Shown one piece after another: positions 1 through 12,013 of a DNA stretch of 64,000 nucleotides (within the stretch, counting starts at the first letter, position 1; each line of letters begins with the position of its first letter). The stretch comes from Macrostomum lignano (lineage: Eukaryota), in the NCBI GenBank assembly GCA_002269645.1, contig NIVC01003893.1, positions 7,152 through 71,151 of the forward strand, read 5' to 3'. The notes beneath the pieces are model-generated. The model worked only from the letters and a program-made list of their open reading frames with translations, was not told the origin of the DNA and made no database searches. The translations under genes were made by a program, and so were the position numbers.

Positions 1-331
1 GTGGCCATCCGAATACTGCACTGGGACACAGTCGGTCTTTGAGCACATTCCAATCGGTGTGCAGCCAATCAGATGAAACGGCGGCATCGCTTCGATGCAC
101 GTGAGGTCAATGTCCGAGCCGACCTCGATTCGTCCGTCCAGCCTTGACAAGCAGTTGCCCCAACCGTCTGCGTAGCTGCCAACGACAAAGTAGCCGGCCT
201 GGTTCTTGCTTCTGATAATCTTTTGCAGTACCGCAGCGGCGCCGCTTTGCAGAACGGAGTTCTCCCGACTGAAGCCCGAGAGCAGAAGTGACTGATGCAG
301 CCGGAGGCTGTGTTGGACTGTGCTTTCCAAT
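1..331 (-). CDS. Exon 2 (partial, runs off window) of ankyrin-repeat / Mab-21 (cGAS-like, cGLR) nucleotidyltransferase
   Basis: Acceptor TTCTCCAG at 333-332, then a stop-free frame to base 1: LESTVQHSLRLHQSLLLSGFSRENSVLQSGAAAVLQKIIRSKNQAGYFVVGSYADGWGNCLSRLDGRIEVGSDIDLTCIEAM... It contains the GS and DxD motifs of Pol-beta-type/Mab-21 NTases. Phase matches the donor at 847 (CG+A = Arg). Confidence 0.75.
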
Positions 332-847
332 CTGGAGAATTGTTTGAAACTTGATTGCATAAATGTGTCTAAATTTGGCTTTGCTTCCTTTCTATTAAAC
401 AGGCCCTTCCTGTTCCGTGTAAATCGTATAAGTATTCGGAGGGCAGCAGACACCCTGGCGCAACGCCTACGGTGATATCGTCCTGCAACAAGTGGCGAGG
501 CAATTCTACCCAGTCCGCTGATTCCTGAGCACATACTGTACGCAGGCACGCACTCATACACACGCTCACACAGGGTGTACAGCAGCCCTTTGAGTTTCTG
601 ATTGTCAGGCATGTACACCCTGACTTTCACATGTCAGGGTGTGAATCGCAGGACAACTCCATTGGTCAATTTTCGTGCACACAAGCCGTAAATAAATGTG
701 GCCACACACGGGATCAAACCACGTGTCTGTGAGCGAGCGTCGGATCAAGGACAACTGTATATAGCTATATACAGTGGTCCTTGCGTCGGACGCGTTTACC
801 GACTGCTGTTCCCCTCTTTTCCTGGTTCTGAGATTTCGGTAACTCAC

Positions 848-2475
848 CGATGAACTGGCGGCAGGATGCTTCTTTTCATTGCTATAAATCTTTTGAACTC
901 TTCAACGAAAACTTCAGAACCAGTTAGGCCTGACAAGTCGTTTAGGTCGCTTGAGTGCAACAATTGCGACTCAGACAGGGAAGCGAGAACCTCAATCTGG
1001 CCCCTGTAGCACGCAAAAGCGAAGCACTTCAACTCGTCGAGGAGCATCCTGTTCCAATGTTGTCGCGTCCTACGGCGTGGATTTCTGCACGATCGAAGAT
1101 AGTTCAGAACTCGAATGCACCCGTTTTGAGCAGCAAGCCACAGTGGTGACATGCCCACAGGGTCCAGGACATCAACGTTAACTCCGGCATCCAGCAGATT
1201 GATTGCGGCTTCTTCCTGACGCATGTCGATAGCTAACACAAGCGAGCTGGTACCGGATGCGCTGACGCGGTTCAGATCCGATCCGGCTTCAATCAGGGCG
1301 CCAATCACGCCAATATTTCCGGACCGCACCGCTATGCCTAGTGGAGTCAGATGGCCTTCGCCGACTATGTTGAAATTCGCGCCGGCTTTGAGCAGCTGCA
1401 ACGCCACCGCCAAGTGACCCTCGCGCGAGGCGATCCACAATGGGCTGCAACCGAAGCAGTTGCAGTCGTCAGTTCGGGCTCCAGCCTTCAGAAGCAACTC
1501 GACTACGCGAGTGTGGCCACCCTCGGAGGCGAAATAGAGTGCCGAGCAGCCCTCGAACCCAGACTGATTCACATTCGCTCCAAACTTTAGCAGCTCACGA
1601 ACACACTCAGCGTGACCTTCGAGTGAAGCGGATGTCAGTGGACTGTTGCCAATCGTGCTGAGCACGTCCACTTTAGCTCTGTACTTCAGCAGCAGACGCG
1701 TGACCTTCAGATGTCCATTAGACACTGCAGCGTGTAATGGCGAACTGCCCATGTTATCGCAGCGATCAACAGTGGCACCAGCCCTGAGTAGACGCAACAC
1801 GGTGCTGACGTGTCCGTGATCTGCCGCCGTCCATAGAGGGGAAGCATCGGTGCAGTCTGCAAGTTCAATGTCCGCCCCAGCTCGAATGAGCTCGTCAACG
1901 ACCTTGACGTGACCATTCTGGGCGGCGATCCACAGTGATGTGCTGCCGTCATTCATTGGAAGATTCAGCAGAGCGACGCTGCACATTTCCGTTGAAAGCA
2001 GAAGCCGGACAAAGGACGCGTAACCGTTCTGGGCCGCAATATACAGAGGCGTGTAGCCATCTTCAGCTTGCTGGCTGATGTCAGCGCCAGCATTGATTAG
2101 CAGCGTCGCCACCTTCACGTGACCGTACTGCGCGGCAATGTGCATCGGCGACCAGCCCCTGTTCTCCGGTAGGTCGCAGTCCGCACCAGCGGCCAGCAAC
2201 GCGGCTACTGTTGCCGTTCGACGGTTCTGAACCGCCACGTAGAGCGGCGTGGCGCCGAACTCTTGGCGCGGATTCAGCAGAGCTCCGGCGGAGATCAGCC
2301 GCTTGACAACGCGGACGTGACCGCGCCAAGCGGCTGCGCACAGCGGCGTCCAGCCGTTGCGCTGTCGCTTGTTCAGTCGGGCACCAGTTCGAATCAGGCG
2401 GTCCACTTCTGATGGCGAGGTAAAATATGCTGCAGTCAATAAAAGCTTTTCACATTCAGTCTCTGCATTTTGCAT
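848..2475 (-). CDS. Ankyrin-repeat exon (about 13 full repeats) of the ankyrin-NTase gene
   Basis: Repeated GxTPLxxAAxxGHxxVVxxLLxxGA units. Likely start ATG at 2475 (MQNAETECEKLLLTAA). Ends at CG|GTGAGT donor (847), so the ORF-track stop at 844-846 is intronic. Confidence 0.9.
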
Positions 2476-2484
2476 CTTTTGCAC

Positions 2485-2646
2485 TAGAGGCTTTAGCACC
2501 AGGGGCTTTAGCACCAGGGGCTTTAGCACCAGGGGCTTTAGAACCAGGGGCTTTAGCACCAGGAGCTTTATCACCAGGGGCTTTAGCACCAGGGGCTTTA
2601 GCACCAGGGGCTTTAGCACCAGGGGCTTTAGCACCAGGGGCGCCAG
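2485..2646. repeat. 15-bp minisatellite (CTTTAGCACCAGGGG) x10
   Basis: Tandem units 2491-2640; the same unit occurs reverse-complemented at 63806-64000. Confidence 0.95.
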
Positions 2647-3269
2647 CAATGAACCTAACCAAAACTGCCCCACAAGCAAGTGTCTCCAGCAACAAGCCGA
2701 CTCACCCTGCAGGTCGCCTCTGTCAGCTGCCAGCCACAGAGCTGACCGGCCATCCGGCAGAACTTTTCGATCCGAGCTTCGATTTGTCTCATGCATAAAT
2801 AGCGTGTGGCATGAGCTCACTTTAGCATGCAAAATTACATGATTTGCAGTGCTTTTTACGAGCGTAAATTAAAAACACTGGCCCTAGCATATCATTACAA
2901 GTTAGAGAGCTAAAATTTTTCTTTCTTCAGAGCGTCAGCGTGTACACTTCAAATATGCACATTTAGAGCAGTGTACACGCCTAATGTTCAGCATGATTGC
3001 TTGCGTACTTTTCTTGTCAGTGAATAGTACGCAACTTCATGCCCTAACCACCCTACTTATTTTAGTAGAGTAGAGTGGTGAGTTGGTAAGTAAGTGTACT
3101 CTTAAGAATCTGTTATTTGCGCTATTAAACAGCTATAGAAATAAAAAAACAATTAGAAAACCTATAAGATGCGTGCCCACACGATTATAAGGTAAGGTAA
3201 TAAATAGAATATGAGATTTGACGCGATGAGATTAGACAGACTGTAGATTAGACAGAATAAAAATAGAAA

Positions 3270-4170
3270 AGATGAGATTAGACAAGATATGATCAGACAG
3301 GATGATTTCAGACAGGATGACACTAGACAGGATGGGAATAGTCAGGATGAGAATAGACAGAATGAGACTAGACAGAATGAGACTAGACAGAATGAGACTA
3401 GACAGAATGAGAATAGACAGGATGAGACTAGACAGAATGAGACTAGACAGAATGAGAATAGACAGAATGAGAATAGACAGAATGAGAATAGACAGAATGA
3501 GATTAGACAGAATGAGAATAGACAGAATGAGACTAGACAGAATGAGACTAGACAGAATGAGAATAGACAGAATGAAATTAGACAGGATGAGACTAGACAG
3601 AATGAGACTAGACAGAATGAAATTAGACAGAATGAGAATAGACAGAATGAGACTAGACAGAATGAGACTAGACAGAATGAGACTAGACAGAATGAGACTA
3701 GACAGAATGAAATTAGACAGGATGAGACTAGACAGAATGAAATTAGACAGGATGAGACTAGACAGAATGAAATTAGACAGGATGAGACTAGACAGAATGA
3801 AATTAGACAGGATGAGACTAGACAGAATGAGAATAGACAGAATGAGACTAGACAGAATGAGAATAGACAGAATGAAATTAGACAGAATGAGAATAGACAG
3901 AATGAGACTAGACAGAATGAAATTAGACAGGATGAGACTAGACAGAATGAGACTAGACAGAATGAGAATAGACAGAATGAGACTAGACAGAATGAGAATA
4001 GACAGAATGAGACTAGACAGAATGAGAATAGACAGAATGAGACTAGACAGAATGAGACTAGACAGAATGAGACTAGACAGAATGAGACTAGACAGAATGA
4101 GAATAGACAGGATGAGACTAGACAGAATGAGAATAGACAGGATGAGACTAGACAGAATGAGATTAGATGG
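3270..4170. repeat. 15-bp minisatellite (AATGAGACTAGACAG)n
   Basis: About 60 tandem units; the source of the RQNET/DRMRL pseudo-ORFs. Confidence 0.95.
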
Positions 4171-4577
4171 CAGTGAGTACTGTTTAGTTATGATGCGCTT
4201 AATTTAAAGGAACTGGCACAAAAGTAAAATGATACAAGTTGCAGTACAACATAATCTATCTTCTATCGACAGAATCCTGAATTCAATAATGCACACACTT
4301 GCAGTGCTTGCCAAAAATATTCAACAGATTCATACCTCGAAGGCCATAGAAACAAGAACGATATGAAACTGGAATTCACACTTATGGCATACTTTCAACA
4401 GAATAGTTCAGTCTAACGAAAAAGTTCAGAGTAAAACTTACTGCCAATGTCATTTTACATGCATGAAAAATTGGACTGCACTGGATTTAACTGAACTGCA
4501 GGCCTCTTGGGGTGGCTTTCATTAAAAATTTAAATTCTTCATCCCCTAGGCAGGGCATGCAATTGAGCTGAGAAGGC

Positions 4578-5062
<485 letters not shown>

Positions 5063-7032
5063 ATTCTACTCTATCTAGATATTCACAGAAAGGTGAAACA
5101 TCCGGTCGTTGAGATGCGCGGGGGCACTCCAAGGACAGCCAGTTGCGATCTCCAGCGCCTGGTAAAAAGCTGTAGGATTGGGATGTGTTTTTCTGGGGGT
5201 GGCGGACGCCAGGCCCCCGGTGGGATAAGTGATCACGTGAGCTGCATTTCCGTTGTCACGTGGTCCAGGCGAGCGGTTAGCGCAGGGAAGGGGAAGGGGG
5301 CGGGCCGGAGGAGGAGGAAGAGGAGGAGGAGGGGAGGAGGTGAGAATTGAGAAATCTGGTTTCTGGCCCGCATGGTGGGAGGGAGAGATTAAGAGAGGGA
5401 AGGAGGCCTGAAATTTGAAACGCCAGCCCCACCAACGCGATGCAAATATGTCCCGATGAGATCAGTGAGCTCGTACATGCACGAGTCGCTCCCCTGGCAG
5501 TCAGGGAGGATTTCAAAGGTCTATATTCAGCTTATAGGACTAGCTATAGCGCAGAAATGCTTACCATCTATGGATAATTCGCACTCGACATTTTGTTAGA
5601 GAGAGGAGGCGTTCTGCTCTGGTGCAGTGGATTGTTCGGCATCATTGAAGATTGTACGAGTACAGAGTCTCTTCAGCATTGATTTACTTTTGTCAGTGCA
5701 ATAGCAAAGAATCCCCATTCGCTGCAACAGCAGCCACTAGAGAGATGACGCACGGCTTTTGAGTGCAGCTACGACCCAGACACGAGTGCACAAAGCGCAT
5801 GATATTTTTATACTGAACAGCAATTTGTCAATGGAAAACTTCAGGAAAATTGTCATTATTTCAGCCTATTTGAATTCGCGCGGCCATTATTTCAGGCTAG
5901 CGGGAGGAGTCAGCCTAACTGAAGGAAAAGGGTTGATTTGACCATAGACTATAACAAATATTAACCGTTTAAGATTGTTATTGCTCTATCACTGTGCGTA
6001 AGATACAATGGAGGGTTGTCTGGAAGTGAGAATTCACGAGTGGCTATCGCCGCTCGTGTCTATGGCCATTACCATGTTTTCTCACTTCCAGCTAACTTAA
6101 TTGGTCAATTTGTCCACCAGGATCCGAGTGAGGAGGAATGGGGGTGTGGGGGCGAAGCCCCCACTTACAACAACAGACTATTTTATTTTACGCTCATAGA
6201 CTCGTTCTTTATTCTAAAATGATATCCCGGTAAATTGCTTTATTGTCAATTTCAAACAATGACCGGTCATTACTTGAATGTCATTGCCTTAACGTAAATT
6301 ACAATTGACAATTTAGAACTGATATCATTTTAGAAAGTGCTTTAACGTCTATGGTAAAAACCAAGTGGGTTGGTCACTTGTTGGCTATACCATTCGGCAA
6401 TACCATAGCACTGTCATCCCGCCAATCTATTGACTCCTGAGAACGCGTCGAGCTAAGTGGATTTTCGCCATAGACAAAATCGATCAAGAAAAGTCCAATT
6501 TCACTAGTTGAGCATACTGCATACAAAAATTAAGCTTAATCTGTCTTGGTTGTAAACAATTTTAGTCGAATAAAAATCCCAATTGAAAATTGTCAATCAC
6601 TATGATTGAAAGTGCAATAATTGATATCAGATTATTGTCAGACCATGTCAACTTCCCTTATATTACGTCCCTGTCATATACAGCAGCTTTACTAAGGGGC
6701 TTATTAAGACTCAAGCTCTTCCATATAAGGATACGTGGGCTGGTAAACCACCCGCAGTCCCTATAGTAGACTCTCGGTCGGGGATTAACTCCAGCAACTT
6801 GACACGAATGTTTTGATTATCGTTAGCAGCAGCTTCTACAGGCGTAGCATTCGCATGGGGTCCGCTTACGAACAGTTTGTTGACATTTACGGAGGTAGGA
6901 AACAGACGGGACTGTCTTTTTAGCTGGAGATAAAATGCAGCTGCTTGTGCGCTGCCAGCACTATGGAAATGCGAACTGCAGCCATGCAGAAACAGCACTA
7001 GCGCCCCTGCCTCCCACTGACTCCCACAGTGG

Positions 7033-7625
<593 letters not shown>

Positions 7626-7762
7626 GTCGAAGAAATAATAAGAGTAAACACACTACATTTAAATTAGATGTTCAATTGAATAAGATGAGGAGCCAGTAAG
7701 TGGGCACACGGCCCAAACCGATATATTTATATGACATTAACTTTAGGGGTGCAAGATAAGAC

Positions 7763-8502
7763 CAAGGACGACTTAAGTAGAAGGACGGGAAACCTCGTTT
7801 CTTAGAAAATTTTAGAAGGCAGGTTTTCCCGAAAAAATATACTACGGAGATAGGAAGTTTTCATTTTTTCAGCACAAAAATTGTTATTGCTTTTGATAGG
7901 AGGCAGTTCCAGTGTTCATCTTTTGATATGTTGTGCCTTTTTCATTGCTCTATCGATATTCATAGAGCTTTTCGTTCAGAAAATTAGGATTCTATGTTAA
8001 TTTCTTATTCTACGTACATTTCCGCATGTCTTGTGCCTAAATACCATTGTGTCATGCTGTACGCTCATTATTCCACGCTTAGGAATCATTATTTTAGGCT
8101 TCTAAAAATACATTCATGAGACAATGTGTTTGTGTATATGGTTTTGGAGGTAGACAATGATAAATTTTTCACGAGTGGCGAAGCTATAGATAAAACCAAT
8201 GATTTGGAGCTGTGCAATGCATTATTATTATTTTTGGTTCAGGTAATGTACGCAGAATAAAAAATTAACATAAAATCCAAATTTTCTGAACGAAAAGCTT
8301 TATTAATATCGATAAAGCAATAAGAAAGGCACAACATATCAAAAGATGAACACTGGAACTGCCTCCTATCAAAAGCAATAACAATTTTTGTGCTGAAAAA
8401 ATGAAAACTTCCTATCTCCGTAGTGTATTTTTTCGGGAAAACCTGCCTTCTAAAATTTTCCAAGAAACGAGGTTTCCCGTCCTTCTACTTAAGTCGTCCT
8501 TG
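7763..8502. mobile_element. MITE (non-autonomous DNA transposon, hAT/P-type), about 260-bp inverted arms
   Basis: Starts CAAGGACGACTTAAGTAGAAGGACGGGAAAC and ends with the reverse complement. Perfect 8-bp TSD GATAAGAC (7755-7762 / 8503-8510). Confidence 0.9.
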
Positions 8503-8744
8503 GATAAGACAAGGGGGGTGGAGTGCGCGACTGAGGAAAGAGGCGAGAACGGAGAGCCAATCAGAACGCAGCAAGGGAGAGAGAGATAAGAATAACAAGA
8601 TTGAGCTAGACAGAGAGAGAGAGAGAGAAAACAGAGTAAACAGAGACAAGTGAAGGTGAACTAAGAAATGACTAGGAAAGTCGCGACACTATACTATCTA
8701 ATCTATCTTATCTATCTATCTATCTATCTACCTATCTATCTATC

Positions 8745-8795
<51 letters not shown>

Positions 8796-8796
8796 C

Positions 8797-8829
<33 letters not shown>

Positions 8830-9707
8830 GATATATACTCCTGCCTATAATATCCTACGCCAACTGTAATTACTTCCATAAATAAAAAATCAACTTTCCA
8901 GCGAAGCGTTTCCATATCCTCGCTAGAGAAAACAAAGAATAACTAAAAAAGCCTTTATTGCCACCATGCCACTCTGATCGACACAGGACCAGAAACAGCT
9001 AAAAATAGCCCAGCCACGGTGGAATTACGAGCGAGTAACTGAGCGACAATAACAACAGCGAGGCAGCTGAGCCCAATTTTAGCGGATTCAAAAGCGCCTA
9101 CTTCGGCTACCAATATTCAAAGGCATGCATGTGCTGCACTCGTCAAAGTTAGCTCCTACACAAATAGGCTTCTGGTGTCTATTCTTAGCTACAGGAGTTG
9201 CAGCGCACAAGAGACGCAGACAGACTGGCAGCGAAAATTTATTTTCCACTTTCTTCTCCTCTACGCCGTTTTGCTCTTTTAGCAAGAGGCGGCGGCCACA
9301 CCCCCCGGGGATCTCGATGAGAGAGAGGGGAGGAACGGGGGAAAGGAGAAAAGTGGAATTAAGCAAGGATTGGAAGGCTGGGAAGGAACGGATCCAGTAG
9401 AGTGCTGGAGCATAGCTGTAGAGCACACGCTTAAGAAGTTCTGAGTCTTCCTTTGCTTGATGAGGCTCGGTCGAGATGCGGCTATTTTTAGACACAGCCT
9501 CTCTGTGACCCGACTGAAATACGACTAAGCTACTGAGCTGGTTGAATCAGAAAGCTCAGAAAGGAAAGAACCGTTAGAAAATGCTCCTAATGAACTCGTC
9601 TCTGTGTGTACTTTTGTGCAATTTAGAAGCTTTGTAGTCCCCCGCTCTTGTAAAGTGAATTCTTTAGATTGACCCGTTGTTGAAGTACATGTACTGCAAG
9701 TTCAATT

Positions 9708-10262
9708 TTATCTACGGTGCTGAAGCTAATTGGTCTGCAGTCATTGCAATTCCACTCTTCTCTTATCTACGGTGCTGAAGCTAATTGGTCTGCAGCCATT
9801 GCAATTCCACTCTTCTCTTATCTACGGTGCTGAAGCTAATTGGTCTGCAGCCATTGTAATTCCCATCTTCTCTTATCTACGGTGCTGAAGCTAATTGGTC
9901 TGCAGCCATTGCAATTCCACTCTTCTCTTATCTACGGTGCTGAAGCTAATTGGTCTGCAGCCATTGTAATTCCCATCTTCTCTTATCTACGGTGCTGAAG
10001 CTAATTGGTCTGCAGCCATTGCAATTCCACTCTTCTCTTATCTACGGTGCTGAAGCTAATTGGTCTGCAGCCATTGCAATTCCACTCTTCTCTTATCTAC
10101 GGTGCTGAAGCTAATTGGTCTGCAGCCATTGCAATTCCACTCTTCTCTTATCTACGGTGCTGAAGCTAATTGGTCTGCAGCCATTGTAATTCCCATCTTC
10201 TCTTATCTACGGTGCTGAAGCTAATTGGTCTGCAGCCATTGCAATTCCCATCTTCTCTTATC
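9708..10262. repeat. 55-bp tandem repeat x10
   Basis: Unit TTATCTACGGTGCTGAAGCTAATTGGTCTGCAGCCATTGCAATTCCACTCTTCTC, with no unique spacers. Confidence 0.95.
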
Positions 10263-10825
10263 TTTAATTATTATCGGCATATAGAAATCAGTAAAAAGCG
10301 TTTACGTTCAGATTTTTGAAATTGCTAAGATTTAGTCGCTTACAAAAAGTAGAATTCATTCAATTTTATTAATTTTATTTGGCATATCTTTATTAATTTT
10401 TCAATCGAGGCAAAAATCGCATAATCAAAGAAAACACATTTCAAGCGAGAAAAAATCAATCAGGCACATTATCGCAAAGAAACCACGATGAAGATAAAAA
10501 AATTTAAAAGTATCAATTCTTGAAATAATGCTAGATAAGAAAATTCAAACTCTATGGTCGAAACTCAAACAGTGTACATGCCTGATGATTAGAAAGTCAG
10601 GAGAACCGATGTACACCCTGTGTGAGCATGTGCAGAATTGCTATCAGCGTTGCTTGTGGGACGACCCCGCCGAAGGGGCATTGCTTCAGGGTGCCCCGCA
10701 GGCCATCAGCGAATATTTATGTTTCAAGAGCTCTAATGATCAAACTAATTACATACCCAGCACAGGTTTGGACAATAGACTAAAATATGGTTCATGGACT
10801 AAGCCTGAAGTTTCCAATCTAGAAT

Positions 10826-11235
10826 CAAGGACAACTCAAGTAGAAGGACGGGACACTAGGTTTCTTAAAAAAAGTTAAGGTTTTCGCTGAAAAATACACT
10901 ACGGATATAGGAACTTTCACTTTTTTCATATTAAAATTGTTATTGCTTTCGATAGGAGGCAGAACCAGTGTTCATCTTTTGATATGTTGTGCCTTTCTTG
11001 TAGCTCTATTGATATTCATAAAGCTTTTCGTTCAGAAAATCAGGATTCTATGTCAATTTTTTAGTCTACGTACATTTGCATTTGTCCTGTGCCTAAAATG
11101 GTTTTAAAATGGCTCATTGGTTTTATAAATCAATTTTATCATTCTTAGCTGACTTTGTAACAGTATGTGTAACAGAGATGATAAAATAGATTTAGAAAAC
11201 CAACGATTCGAGTTGTGCCATGCATTTCTGTGATT
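10826..11235 (+). mobile_element. Diverged partial copy of the 7763-8502 MITE family
   Basis: Begins CAAGGACAACTCAAGTAGAAGGACGGGA and follows the left arm and internal region of the 7763 element; right arm absent. Confidence 0.75.
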
Positions 11236-11444
11236 TTTAGATACAGCAAATCTAACTTCTAAGTTAAACTTCTAAGCTAGGGCTGGCCATAGACTATTGC
11301 TGCCCCATGTTTACACACTGCTCACCGTCATTTCAAAGACTTGGCTGTACATCATAATGTAGATTGGATAGCTACCAAGGTGCGGTCCAATAAATCAAAA
11401 AAACAGTCAACGAATAAATTCAAAATCAGTAGCAAAATTGAAGA

Positions 11445-12013
11445 TCAAAGCTTAGACGAGCGCACCGAACTCGACGCAGCCACGTGCGGCGCCAGCTCCA
11501 GTTTGGCGACTGACCTTAGATGAACTTCGTCCGGTCCATCGGCCAGCCGCAGCACCCGAGACCAGGTGTACAGCACAGACAGAGGCAGGTCAAGCGACAG
11601 TCCGGCTCCGCCGTGAATTTGAATAGCCCTATCAATTATCTCCGTGGCAACTCGCGGGGTCATTACTTTAATTAGCGCAATCTCTTTCATGGCCTTTTTA
11701 TTGCCAACGGTGTCCATCAGGTGGGCAGTTTTCAGCACTAGAAGGCGGGCAGCCTCCAGCTGGGCCCGGCTCCAAGCGATGCTCTGCTGAACACTGCCTT
11801 GAGCAGCTAGCGGCTTGCCGAACGCTACCCGGGACACTGCTCTCTGGCAAGCCAGCTCGATTGCTCTCTCGCAATGGCCGATCAGCCGCATGCAGTGATG
11901 CACCCGGCCGGGACCAAGCCGGCCCTGGGCGATTTCGAATCCGCGACCTTCGCCTAGAAGAACATTCTCGGCTGGTACAATGACATTGTCGAAACGGACT
12001 TCCGCGTGGCCAG
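11445..12013 (-). CDS. ACAD10: ACAD10 exon 9 (ACAD C-terminal domain, ends SKL*)
   Basis: CCCATTGCAG acceptor; [10 protein letters not shown]...ADGPDEVH...SSKL*. Confidence 0.95.

Noticed and set aside
844-846. Stop codon of the ankyrin ORF as the true gene end
   Set aside because: It lies within a GTGAGT donor, and an in-phase downstream exon exists.
3289-4207. Long ORFs (RQNET)n / (DRMRL)n, and similar [16 protein letters not shown] and KPRITALD ORFs elsewhere
   Set aside because: They are translations of mini- or microsatellites with unit lengths that avoid stops; no unique coding flanks or splice support.
5942-6475. CCATAGAC / GTCTATGG motifs as TIRs of another MITE
   Set aside because: No pairing of these motifs is flanked by a target-site duplication.
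9708-10262. Regular 55-bp array as a possible CRISPR array
   Set aside because: Head-to-tail units with no unique spacers, no cas genes, and a eukaryotic context.
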